64,000 nucleotides of DNA from Octopus sinensis (Eukaryota). Location of the stretch: NCBI RefSeq assembly GCF_006345805.1, contig NC_043018.1:18228001-18292000 (forward strand), in the 5' to 3' direction. The position numbers and the translations under genes were made by a program. The notes under the pieces are model-generated. The model saw only the letters and a program-made list of their open reading frames with translations. It was not told the DNA's origin and did no database searches. This document shows, in pieces, positions 25,159-37,901 of the stretch (position 1 is the stretch's first letter; every line of letters starts with the position of its first letter).

Positions 25159-26331
25159 AATATCTGTTTGTGTCTGTGTATTTATATATATATGTAATAT
25201 ACGTGTGTGTGTTTGTGTGTACATGTGTGTTTGCGTGTGTACATGTATATATATGTATATGTGTGTGTGTGAGTATGTAAAATATACCTGTATATATATG
25301 TATATATACATATATATTATATACATATATATATTATATATCATATATATATATATATATACGCATACATACATATATACATACTGATGATGATGATGTG
25401 TGTGTGTGTGCGTGCGTGTGTGTGTTGTGTGTACGTGTGTGTGTGTGTGTGTGTGTGTGTACCGAAAATATATGTTATTATTCTCTGCCGGGTATTTATG
25501 CTGATCGTGTTGCAAATAAAGAAATCATTATTTCCATTATCAGTATGACAGTTGTTGTTGTTGTTGTTCATAATGGCGGTGTTGATGATGTTGTCATTAG
25601 CAATATCATTATTGTTATTTTCATTATTATCATCATCATTAATCTGCTCACACCATTATTAAGAACTTCCTATTGCTTATTACATATTTTTTTCCTCTTT
25701 GTATATTATTACTCTTTTTTTTTCTTTCTTGAAGAAGAAACTTCTTTTACTCCTATTACAATCTTCCCCGCTTGCTCTTTTCTCTTCTCTCTCTCTCTCT
25801 CTCTATCTCCTCCTCTCACTCACTCGTTCATTGTATCCTAAAAGTAAAATGATATACGACCTAATGAGTACTACATAGAAAAAAAAATGGTAAAAATCCT
25901 GCAACAGTAGCTGAAACAGCAAAGAACATGAAGACAGCCACGTCAGGAACCAATCAACGAAAATGTGTTGTCGTTCCATTAGATATTTCCAAATGCTGTT
26001 TTTTCATTTTATCTTCTTTCTTAATGTTTTAAAGGAGAAAAGAAAAAAAAAAAAAGAAAAGCATCTGAAAGATTTTTATCATCGATCTGGACGATTTTGC
26101 TAGTCAATACGAGCCAACATATAATATTATCCACGAACGAGAGGAAAGATATTTCCCCGCCATGTTGATTACGTAAACAACAAGACAACAAATATCACGC
26201 CGCCATTTTTTTTTTGGTGAGAGGCGGTTCTATTTTATTTTTTTAAATCTTAGTCTTAACTACCCCAGAAAACCACTGATCGGTTCCAACCTAGAAATGG
26301 TTGGATGAGAAATAGAGAGAGAGAGAAAGAC

Positions 26332-26385
<54 letters not shown>

Positions 26386-26892
26386 TGGTAAGAGTTAGGG
26401 GGGAGAATGAAAGCGAGGAAATAAATAGCTAAAAACAAAAAGAAGAAAGATTTTTATGCATTGGAATCATATCTGCGGTTGGAACCAGAACTGGAACATC
26501 ATTAATAATGAAGCGATACTTAGTTGATAGACCGTTACCAAAAGATGAAAAGAACCACCACCACTACCACCACCACCAACAACAACAGCAACAACAGCAA
26601 TACTGGCACTGCCGTTGCCGCCTCCGCCACATCCCACAACCGTGAGTCGCTGCTCGATCGATGGATGGATCGATCGATCGACTATGCTATTTGGTTTATC
26701 AATTCCCGAAAGCTTACAGGACATGCGCAACAGCATCAAGAAAGAGGAGCGAATAAAAAAAAAGGAGCGACATATAATCAGGGTCCTTCTCAACATAACA
26801 AAACAGCGCCCTCTTTAGAGCGTCTTCAGCATGAGAAGAAGAGTGGCGAGTGAGCGTTAAAAGCCATTGAGTAAATGGTAGCCACATTATTT

Positions 26893-27222
26893 GTGAGGGC
26901 GCGTGGCTTAGTGGTTAGGGCATTCGGCTCATGATCGTAAGGTTGTGAGTTCGATTCCCGGCGACGCGTTGTGTCCTTGAGCAAGACACTTTATTTCACA
27001 TTGCTCCAGTCCACTCAGCTGGCAAAAATGAGTTGTACTTGTATTTCAAAGGGTCAGCCTTGTCACTCTCTATGTCACGCTGATTATCCCCGAGAACTAC
27101 GTTAAGGGTACACGTGTCTGTGGAATGCTCAGCCATTTGCACGTTAATTTCACGAGCAAGCTGTTCCGTTGATCGTATCAGCTGGGACCCTCGTCGTCGT
27201 AACCGGCGGAGTCTTTTTTTTT
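26893..27222 (+). mobile_element. Chimeric SINE: CORE/V-like head and body joined to the family B tail
   Basis: Pol III boxes and a body like 8311. From TGTATTTCAAAGGG onward it has the family B tail. 14-bp TSD TAGCCACATTATTT. Confidence 0.88.
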
Positions 27223-27932
27223 TAGCCACATTATTTCATTACTTATGTCATTCACACCTGGTTGTGGATGAAGGCCGAGAATATTCGATGCGGTCCGGCC
27301 AGCTAATTAAACAATGGCGTAATTTGTTTATTGTAATGGAGTTTAATGTTATCAGCGGTTATTGTTATCGCAATTAGTGGAACTCAAACAAGCCCGTGAT
27401 GATAGTTTTAAGTGCTCTGTTTACTAGTATCTGGTGGATCGTTGTGCAATCCGAATTAACGGTAATGATCGGCTTCAATTACACAAAAGCCGACAGCAAC
27501 AACAACAACAACAACACCCACAAACAGCAACAAAAACACCATTAAACTCACCGCTAACATCACAACCATGACCACCACCACTATCACCACCACCACCACC
27601 ACCACCACCACTACTACACAACCGCAAACTTCATTTGCAACACCACTAACACCTCCAAGGACACTACCAACACTACTACTAATACTAATGCTAATACTAA
27701 TGCTAATACTAATGCTAATACTACCATCACCACCAACACTATCACCACTACTACACTACCACAAATCTCATTTGCAACACCACTAACACCACCAAGGACA
27801 CTACTACTACTACTACTACAAATACTAATACTACCATCACACCACCACCACCGCACCTACCTCCTGCGCCGACACCAGCACCGCTAATACTAAATACGAC
27901 GCTTCTATGGCGCCAAAATGAAAACGCAAGCG

Positions 27933-27945
27933 AGGTCAGTGACCT
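27933..27945. promoter_or_regulatory. Perfect IR1 nuclear-receptor response-element motif
   Basis: AGGTCA-G-TGACCT outside any recognised transposon; motif match only. Confidence 0.35.
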
Positions 27946-28116
27946 TCGTGGAATTAGATGCAAACTTCTCTCGAATCACATTTGATTGTTTTAGAAAGAA
28001 AGAAAGGAAGGACAGAGTTTGAATGTGTCAGAAGACAACAGACGGATTGTTTACGGCTGGATTGTTTTGGATCACAGGTCTATTTCAGCCAGTGATGGCC
28101 AAGGGCTAAACAACAA

Positions 28117-28147
<31 letters not shown>

Positions 28148-28590
28148 TCTGAAGTCTTTATTGTACAAACTTTGTAAATGTAAGTCGTTGCGTTGAAGTT
28201 GGCAGCGGCGGAGGAGTTTATTGGGAAGAGGAAGGCGAGGGGTTTGGAAGGAGAAGAGAATAGGGGAGAGAGAAGAGCAAAGGGGGAGGGGGAGGGATAG
28301 CATGAGTTCTGGAGACCAGGAGAGAAAGAGCGAGAGAAGAGGAGAGAGAGGGAGAGAGGAAGAGAGAGGGGGAAAGAAAGACGGAAAGAAAGAAACAGAG
28401 AGAGAGAAAGAGAGGGGGAGAGACAAGAGAGACGGAAAGAAGGAAGGAAAGGAAGAAAAGGAGAGGGTGAAGTTTTGAGGAAAGTTGGGATGACCGAAGA
28501 GATGGTGTTGTGGATTTCCACTTCGGCATCCGAAACTCAGAGTTTTATCTTGGCTATTGAATAATTGTCACATTATTTTACAGATAAATT

Positions 28591-28640
<50 letters not shown>

Positions 28641-28648
<8 letters not shown>

Positions 28649-28862
28649 ATATATATATATGTGACCTCGTGTGTACCGTTGGCGATTTTTTTCCTCTGTC
28701 TTCCCTTCTCTGGATCTTTCCTTCTCCTATGTTTCCGACGAAGAGCTCCGCTCGAAACGTTAAACTCTCCTCCTTTCCTTCTTTCCTGAGAGTCCAATAA
28801 TACTATATTTGTTCCACGTCCTCGCGTTGTTGTGTTTTTTGTGCTTTCTTGTTTGGATTAAC
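28641..28862 (+). mobile_element. Penelope-like LTR fragment, hammerhead core mutated (CCGACGA, 28731-28765)
   Basis: Third copy of the 12039 element. Confidence 0.7.
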
Positions 28863-28916
<54 letters not shown>

Positions 28917-28917
<1 letters not shown>

Positions 28918-29131
28918 CGTAATCTTTGCTATATCGCGGTTCACTCATCACGGTTTATTATTTAGGCTTACGTCAATTCCTCCGGGGTGTTGTTTTGCAT
29001 TTATAATAAAATAAATATATACAAATTATAAAAAATAATAAAACAATATACAGTACAGCATTGTTTCTACTTTGTAGATTTTCATCTATCGCGGGGGTCG
29101 GGTTGGAACGTAACATCCGTCGAGGGATTAC

Positions 29132-29189
<58 letters not shown>

Positions 29190-29404
29190 CGTAATCTTTT
29201 GCTATATCGCGGTTCACTCATCACGGTTTATTATTTAGGCTTACGTCAATTCCTCCGGGGTGTTGTTTTGCATTTATAATAAAATAAATATATACAAATT
29301 ATAAAAAATAATAAAACAATATACAGTACAGCATTGTTTCTACTTTGTAGATTTTCATCTATCGCGGGGGTCGGGTTGGAACGTAACATCCGTCGAGGGA
29401 TTAC
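28917..29404. mobile_element. Two tandem copies of a ~215-bp pogo/Tigger-like MITE in (TA)n
   Basis: 28917-29131 and 29189-29404 differ by about one base. Ends GTAATCTTTGCTATATCGCGG and CGAGGGATTAC resemble CAGTAATCCCTCG-type TIRs with TA flanks. Confidence 0.65.
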
Positions 29405-29461
29405 TATATATATATATATAATATATATATATATACTCACATTCTGTACATTATATATACA

Positions 29462-29856
29462 CTAGCAGTATCGCCCTGCGTTGCTCGGGTTTGTAAGGGA
29501 AATAACTATATAAGTATTTTTAGAGAGTTATAGCCAAAAAATAGCCAAAAAATGCATTAAAAATGGGAAAATAATTATGGTACATTTTTTTTAAATCGTT
29601 GACTAATCGTAGACATTTTTAGAGAGTTACTTCCCTTATATAATAGCAAAAAAATGCATTAAAATGGAAAAAATGATGGTAATTTATTTTTTTAATCGTA
29701 GACTCATCGTAGACGCGCGCTAATACTCAGAAAGGCTCGATATGAATCACGACTATAAGATACCCGGTTTTGGTTAAACTGCACCGCAAAATGTGGAGTA
29801 GTTAGGAATCTAAATCGTAGGAGACAGACACACAACTTCTCTTTTATATATAAAGA
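29462..29856 (-). mobile_element. Non-autonomous Helitron-like element
   Basis: Minus strand: A|TCTTTATATATAAAAG ... CCCGAGCAACGCAGGG hairpin ... CTAG|T. Confidence 0.75.
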
Positions 29857-30140
29857 TATGTGTAACGTGAAGATAGTTTTTCAAATCTTTATCTACTTTA
29901 ATATTAACGGAAACGCAATTAACCATTGAACTAAGAAAGCCTAGTTTTAAATTAACAATTTAAACCTACGTGATACGAACTTTTGTAAGAGCGAAATTAC
30001 AGACCGTATCCTGAAATTAATGGTTATAATTTACCAGTTCCTTAAGCGCGAAATACCGTAACCTGAGGTAGTCGCAACCTGGGAGTGGGGTGCTTGTGTA
30101 AGTTGTTCGATTTTTTAAAGACGAATTAGTGGACTAATAT

Positions 30141-30562
30141 GGGATCTGTTCGGTTTGAACGGCAGTTTTTAGCATAATTTCTAGGTAACTAAAAAATTTT
30201 AAACTTCGTATACTGGTAGAATGTGTTTATAAAACATCTTTTTCTCTTGGCTTTATTGAGAAAATTCTATAGTTTGTAAGATATTTGTTGTTGTTTTTTT
30301 TTCTGCAATTTCAACCAATCACTGACGTCCATTGAGGTAAAAAAAACATTCTGTGCCGTATGAATATGTCCCTCGTTTAAGAAACAGATTAGGTTTATTT
30401 ACATTTCTGAAGAAAAAAGATACCCTTACCCCCACTCCTTACCCTAACCCTAACCCCAAAAACAGATTGAAATGCAATAGATCGATACTAGGGTCATAAT
30501 TATGGGTGACAATTTCATATGACACCGCTAGAAAAAACTGCCGTTCAAACCGAAAAGATCCC
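30141..30562. mobile_element. MITE with ~30-bp TIRs
   Basis: GGGATCTGTTCGGTTTGAACGGCAGTTTTT ... AAAAACTGCCGTTCAAACCGAAAAGATCCC; contains a short CCCTAA run. Confidence 0.85.
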
Positions 30563-30667
30563 CGATATGTATCAGGTCATCCCTTAAGGAATGTCCGAAT
30601 TTTGTGTTAGTCAAAAAAAGTTATCTAATTCTACACTCTGATTGTTGGCGGTAGATGTGAGCAGTAA

Positions 30668-30899
30668 GGCGGCGAGCTGGCAGAAACGTTAGCACGCCGG
30701 GCGAAATGCGTAGCCGTATTTCGTCTGCCGTTACGTTGTGAGTTCAAATTCCGCCGAGGTCGACTTTGCATTTCATCCTTTCGGGGTCGATAAATTAAGT
30801 ACCAGTTACGCACTAGGGTCGATGTAATCGACTTAATACCTATGTCTGTCCTTGTTTGTCCCCCTCTGTGTTTAGCCCCTTGTGGGTAATAAAGAAATA
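30668..30899 (+). mobile_element. Full-length SINE family A
   Basis: 18-bp TSD GGTAGATGTGAGCAGTAA (30650-67 and 30900-17). Confidence 0.92.
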
Positions 30900-32036
30900 G
30901 GTAGATGTGAGCAGTAATTGTTGCATTCGTTGGAAACAGCTTAAAACGGGTGGCTTTTTGGGTTGTGATTTAGCCTCTTCTCCACATTATTTATGGGATT
31001 TCTTGGACAGAAGAGCTACAAGTCGAAGTTGTACAGTTTGTTTTTGGTGGTGATGATGGTGGCGGCGGCGGCGGCGTTTGCACTCCGTCGTCCAGTTATT
31101 CGTAGTACACAATGAAAGGAACGTAAATCAGTTCCTAGCACTGACAGCATGCACGCACGCAAACACACACAAATACACAAATACACAAAGAAGACGAAGA
31201 AAACGATGAAGACGCGCTTTCGGCTGTCACCTCAAAGAAAAACAAGTTATTGATATCCAATAGGAACTCGTACATCCTATAGATAAAATGGTTAGTAAAC
31301 ACGACACCCAATGCGTATAACATCTGAAGTTTAAACTTCACTGGATCGATCACAACGGAAATCAGTGACCAAACTACAAAAAAGCAAAACCATGCTTAGT
31401 CTTTTTAATATTTTCTTTTCTTACTAACGCTCTTTCGATTATTCTTTTAGTCGCTAGTTTCATGTCTGTGTTTTTATGTTTCAAGTTTGTTCTTATTTAT
31501 GTTGTTGTTGGTGGATTTGATATTTATTACATTTTGTGTTTATTTTGTTTTCTTTTGTGACCGATTGTGTGTTTTTTTTTGTTCTCTTTTAATATGTTTT
31601 GACAAGAAATTTGATTTTATCAGATACGTCGAATTTGAGATAAATATTGTTATATCCAGAATTGTCACATATTTTATACAACTTCAGATGGCCGAGTCGA
31701 TATGATCTAAGATCATTTATAAAAGTTTAGTTGTTAAATGATTCGTTTCTCACTATTTATGGCCAATATAAATAAAAAGAACTATTTTCCTATTTCAACT
31801 AGTTTAAGTTCGCAGATGTTTTTAACCATTTTTATGTGACCAACGCAATAAGTCGGAGAAACTAGAAACATGGTTTCGCAAATATAGACAATGTGTAGCT
31901 GGGAAGCTTGTTTGCCAACCGTGTGGTCATGAGTTCAGTCCGCCTGTAGCGCACCTTCGGCAAAAATATCTTTTACTACAATATCGGGCCTATTAGGCCT
32001 TGCGAGCGGAATGAAGCTCGTTGTATACAAACATAA

Positions 32037-32126
<90 letters not shown>

Positions 32127-32333
32127 ATAGATCGTTAGCCACTACACACAATTTTTCTCTCCTTTTTTTCTCTCCTTGTTTCACTCCTTGTTTTTTCTGT
32201 GTCCCTTTCTGTAGCAGAACGTAGGCTCGAAACGTAAAAGACTTTCTCTATTCCTGAGCGTTATACTAATAAATCTGTTTGTTTTGTACACCACCTGTCT
32301 ACGTCTTTAGTTTTTTTCGTAAACTCTCCCTAT

Positions 32334-32411
<78 letters not shown>

Positions 32412-33249
32412 ATGTATATATATACGTGTAAGTGTGAATGTCTATGTTTATGTTGTATTTGCCCCTACATTTCCTGACAACCGGTAATTCTGAGTGTATG
32501 AAAACTGACGTTCTTAAGTCCTTTAGTTACCAACTAAGGCCTATAGTTCCCAGTTGTAACTATACGTCCTGTCTTTGGAAAGATATCACAAATCGATAAA
32601 GTTTATGCTATGAGTGGCGGCGATAATTTATTACTTAGTAAAACCATAGAAGTTGACTACTTTTGTAATGGTAGCACACTTTCACACGATTCACTGTGTA
32701 ATATTTTATAGAGAGAAAATGATTGAATAGGTTGGTATGAATAGTTTCGAAGTCTACAGTTTGAAGTGATAGAAGCAACGCCGTCAGTGGCTTTGATGGG
32801 TATCAGTGATGGAAGGTGTCTCACAGTTGGTGACAGTCTGTAGGGTGAACAAGGTCGCGTGACAGATAGCAGTGAAAGTATGATTCGGTTTGAAAAAGTT
32901 ATGTTGCCGTTTTGTCTATAGAATGGAAATTGAGTCAAAGCGAATAGCAAATGTGATGGTTTTCTGAGAGGAGGGATTTTGTCTTCAGAACCAGATGGTG
33001 GTGGAAAGACGGATAAAACGTGGTGCGCTTTTGAACATCTTCCTTATTGCGGTGTAAGATTTTCTCCAAGAGCTACATGTTATAGTAGTCCGCTTGCTAG
33101 ATGAGAACCAGAGACAGAGCAAACTGGAAGTTAGAGAAATGAGAATTTTCGTTGTGTAAGGGATCTAAGAACATATCCCAAAATGATGATTTTAATCAGA
33201 CGCTTAGCTGCATCAGGTGATTAAAGGGCGTGCATGCATTCTCTGTCAA

Positions 33250-34535
33250 GGACAATTTCTGTTTTTGTTACAAGACCCACAATTTTGAGTGGCGGGTAAA
33301 GTCAACTATATCATTAAACCCTGTGCTCAACTCATATTCATGTTATCGATCCCGAAAGGATGAAAGTAAATTCAATCACAGCAAAATTTTTGCCGGAAGA
33401 AAGGCAGCTAAACATTTTGTCCGGAGTGCAAACGATTCTACCATTTCACTGCCTTTAATCGTTCTGCTGTGGGTACAAGGCTGATAATTTGATGGAACGG
33501 GCTAATGGATTACATCAGCCCCAGTGCTCGACTGGTACTTACTTTTCCGACCCCAAAAGGATGAAAGACAAAGTCGACCTCGATAGTATTTGAACTCAGA
33601 ATGTAACAGACGAAAATCCGCTAATTTAATGTCTGCTAGCTAGCCGCTTTAATAGCAATAATAATAATAATAGTTTCTACTGGAAGCACAAGGCCTCAAA
33701 TTTGGTGGAAGGGATTAAGTCGATTACACTGACCCCAGTGCGTAACTGGTACTTATTTAATCGACTCCGAAAGGATGAAAGGCAAAGTCGACCTCGGCGG
33801 AATTTGAACTCAGAACGTAAAGACAGACGAAATACCTATTTATTTACTATCCACAAGGTGCTAAACACAGAGGGGACAAACAAGGACAGACACACGGATC
33901 AAGTCGATTACATCGACCCCAGTGCGTAACTGGTACTTATTTAATCGACCCCGAAAGGATGAAAGGCAAAGTCGACCTCGGCGGTATTTGAACTCAGAAC
34001 GTAGCGACAGACGAGATACTGCTGAGCCTAGTGGTTAAAGCAGCGGACTCGCGGTCGAGGGATCGCGGGTTCGAATCTCAGATCGAGCGATGTGTATGTT
34101 TATGAGCGAAAGACCTAAGCTCTACGCCGCTCCGGCAGAAGGTAATAGCGAACTTCTGCTGACTCTTTTGCCACAACTTTCTCTCATTCTTTCCTCCTGC
34201 ATCTTGCAGCTCACCTGCGACGGACCGGCGTCTCGTCCAGGTGGGGAAGCTATACGCCAAGGAAACGGGGAAACTGGCCCTTACGAGCCAGGCATGGCTC
34301 GGGAAGGAACAGACAACAACTAGAGCACAAGGCCTGGCATTTTGGTGAAGGACACGGGTGGATGACCCCGACCTCAGAGCTCAACTGATATATTTATTTC
34401 GTTGATCCCCGAGAGGACGAATGACAAACGTCGACCTCGCCGGAATTTGAACTCTTAAACATAAAGACAGACTAAACGAACGCTGAGCAATTTTTTTTCC
34501 TTCCGGCGTCCAACCGATGCTGCCAGCTCGCCTCC
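33250..34535. mobile_element. Dense cluster of five family A SINE segments (-) and one family-B-head SINE with a different tail (34027-34320, +)
   Basis: Repeated GTACTTATTTAATCGACCCCGAAAGGATGAAAGGCAAAGTCGACCTCGGCGG. The + copy ends in GGAAGGAACAGACAACAAC. Confidence 0.85.
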
Positions 34536-35013
34536 TCATATTTCCTCAGCGTAGCCAAAATATGGTCTCTCCCTCTTTCTTTCCTTATCTCTTTCTTTCG
34601 TCCTTTCTCTCACTCTCTCTTTCTTTCTCTTACTCTTCCACGCCGTAGACGCTACTATATTTCCTAATTCATTCTCTCTCTCTCTCTCTCTCTCTTTGTT
34701 TTCTCTCTATCCACCAAACTCAATCTCTCTCTCTCTGTTTTTCTCTTCTCCTCCTATCTATCACAGCATCTCTCTTACACGCTGTCATCTTTTATTTTCT
34801 TTATGTTTTTTCTGATTCTTTCCATCGCTTGATTCAGTTTCTCCACAAGATTTATGTCTTCTTCTCTGTATCCACACACCTCTCTCAAAACCATTCCGTG
34901 TACGTACACAGCTCGTAGTATTACCTTTTGCAAGCGTAACATTCCTAGAGCGTGATAAAACCAACGAAAACCGCGACTTGAGACATAAACGACACACACA
35001 CCACACACACACA

Positions 35014-35061
<48 letters not shown>

Positions 35062-35064
35062 ATA

Positions 35065-35161
35065 TATGTTTGTTTGTGTGTGTCTGTGTTTGTCCCTCAC
35101 ACCTTCGCTCGACACCGATATATATATATATATTATATATATGTATGTATATATGTGTGTG

Positions 35162-35195
<34 letters not shown>

Positions 35196-35690
35196 GTTGT
35201 GTGTGTGTGCGGTTGTGTGTCTGTGTTTGTCCCTCACACCTTCGCTCGACAACCGATATATATATGTATATGTATGTATATATGTGTGTGCATGTGTGTT
35301 TGTGTGTGTGTGTGTGTGTGCGGTTGTGTGTGTGTGCGGTTGTGTGTCTGTGTTTGTCCCTCACACCTTCGCTCGACAACCGATATATATATATATATGT
35401 ATGTATATATGTGTGTGCATGTGTGTGTGTGTGTGTGTGCGTGTGTGGTGTGTGTGTGTGTGTGTGCGCGCGTGGTTGTGTGTCTGTGTTTGTCCCTCAC
35501 ACCTTCGCTCGACAACCGATATCGGTGTGTATACGTCCCCGTAAGTTAGCGCTTCAGCAAAATAGACCGATAGAATAAGTACTAGGCTTACAAAAAAATA
35601 AGTCCTTGGGTCCATTTGTTCGACTGAAGGCGGTGCGCCAGCATGGCCGCAGTCAAATAACGGAAACAAGAGTAAAAGATTAAAAAAAAG
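35065..35690 (+). mobile_element. SINE family C 3' half with a 4x internal tandem amplification
   Basis: GTCTGTGTTTGTCCCTCACACCTTCGCTCGAC(A)ACCGAT at ~35082, 35219, 35346 and 35482, separated by TA/TG tracts. Confidence 0.85.
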
Positions 35691-35719
35691 TAAATACATA
35701 TATATATATATATATGTGC

Positions 35720-35985
35720 CCTCTTTTTTCTCAGCTTGCTTCATGCTCTTGGTTAAGGGGCTGTAGTCATCCCAGATTAGTTGTCCCAGAGGCATCAATC
35801 GTGTATAGGTCCCACCACGTCAATCGGTGCTTCCCCTCGCTGACGGTCTCATGACAGCTCTTCTGCATCCTCCAAGATGACGTCGAGCTACTGGAGGTCT
35901 TCTCTTTTACCACCTCCAGCCATCTGGTGCGAGGCCAGCCACGGCGCCTCTTCCAGCCTGCAGCTGCTGCGTCGAACGAGAGTAC
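35720..35985 (-). mobile_element. RTE-clade LINE 3' fragment
   Basis: AGWKRRRGWPRTRWLEVVKEDLQ*LDVILEDAEELS*DR matches the RTE GRPxxRW...DR tail. Confidence 0.75.
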
Positions 35986-37184
35986 AGTCACACACATACA
36001 CACACACACTTAAACGAGTGGTGATAGGATCGACTGAGTTTGGAAACAATTGTGTAATAGAAACGGTAAATAAATAAGATGGATGATGTAGCGTTTTAAT
36101 ATAGCTGAAGCGAGATAGACGAAAAGTTGTTAAGATGGACATTTTAAATATGTTAGAGCGTAGAAAGAAAAGTCGATGTGTGACAGTAATTTGAAAAGAA
36201 TGTAATGTTTTGCAAAAGGTGATGCATTGTTGAAAAGTTGATAGGACACAAATTGATTTATATTTTTATATATTAACGAAGAACTTAGTACGATTAAAAT
36301 ATTATCTGCAGAACTGGAAATATTATTCTCTGGCCTACGGTAAGTAGATGAAGTCTTTCATGACACTCTTTGATAACCGCATGGCTGGACACACGGAATA
36401 TAATACGGAACACAACAAGTTCCAGACACCTAGTTAATTATCATGCTTCATTTGGTGTTTTGCCGTTACAAAATGACCAAGAGAGTAAAATATTGGATGA
36501 CATTTTAGACTACAAAAGCTGTAAATAATGCTCACATTATGAGGAATAATGGCAATATTGTGGGTTCTTATATAATTTCAAATATCTAATGTTAAGTTAC
36601 CGTCAGCTGACAAAAATGTACACACTGTTTTTGTTGACTGTTTTTCAGTTGAAATGAAGCAATTTGTACTCTCAGACATACACAATTATCTCGTTCACTA
36701 TGGTAGTAACAGGAATCCAGAGAGAACGCATTTGAAATTAAGGGTAAGTATTAAGGATTAGTGGATTAACCGCTTAAGATATTGAAAAATGACATCAATG
36801 ATATTAGATATAGAGTATTAGCAACAATTTGACAAGAACAAAAGTTAAAATATAAACCACGCCCTTTGACGTGTTTCGAACAGCACTTCTAATGATTACC
36901 AACTGATACTGTTACCGACTACACAACAAAGCACCAACTAGTTTACCTTTTCAAAACGGAGGCATTTACTACCCTTGTTACTTTCATTTTTACTATCGTA
37001 TTGACACAATATAATTTATCAGTCACTTGGCGCAAACAAAGGGGTTCTGTCAAGGAGACTTCCACTGCGAAACTAAATTCCATTGTCATTCCATTCATGA
37101 GGTTAAATACCAAAAAAATAGAATTGATATTTTCTGTAAGTCACGTTACCTCAATAAACTTGACATATCTCGGCCGAAAATGAT

Positions 37185-37901
37185 TTTTTTTTATTGCCCA
37201 CAAGGAGCTAAACATAGAGTGGACAAACAAGGACAGACAAAGTGGTTAAGTCGATTACATCGACTCCAGTGCGTAACTGGTACTTAATTTATCGACCCCG
37301 AAAGGATGAAAAGCAAAGTCATCCTCGGCGGAATTTGAACTCAGAACGTAACGGCAGACGAAATACCGCTAAGCATTTCACCCGGCGTGCTAACGATTCT
37401 GCCAGCTCACCGCTCTCTCGGCTGAAAATGATTTCAAACATGACTTTTCTCAACAAAAGTCAGATTGATTCATATAAGAACCCACAGTTCGCAGTTAACG
37501 GCAAGGGGAATTTTTGAGTGGATATATCTTCCTTTCACAGTCAAAGGGGTTAACCTCTAGAACGGTAGTGCTCTGTAGTTCTGTCATCTGGTCAACAGTA
37601 AAACACTGCAGCTTCAACAACCCTTACGACAAAGTAGATGATGCCTCCTTTATTAACTACCTATTTCTTTATTACCCACAAGGGGCTAAACACAGAGGGG
37701 ACAAACAAGCAAACAAGGACAGACATAGGTATTAAGTCGATTACATCGACCCCAGTGCGTAACTGGTACTTAATTTATCGACCCCGAAAGGATGACAGGC
37801 AAAGTCGACCTCAGCGGAATTTGAACTCACAACGTTGCGCCAGACGAAATACCGCTAAGCATTTCGCCCGGCACGCTAAGGTTTCTGCCAGCTCGCCGCC
37901 T
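37185..37901 (-). mobile_element. Two near-full-length family A SINEs (37185-37411, 37662-37901) inside the putative intron
   Basis: Match to 30668-30899. Confidence 0.9.

Noticed and set aside
26893-26965. tRNA-like cloverleaf with a CAT anticodon-like loop, and similar SINE heads
   Set aside because: It continues into a SINE body with a TSD and has no closed acceptor stem; a SINE head, not a tRNA gene.
30441-30457. CCCTAACCCTAACCC as an interstitial telomere
   Set aside because: Under three units and inside a MITE.
34775-34990. Minus-strand 67-aa frame ([33 protein letters not shown]...) and a possible 20-nt microexon at 34926-34945
   Set aside because: No recognisable family and no partner exons; two frames are open over purine-rich sequence.
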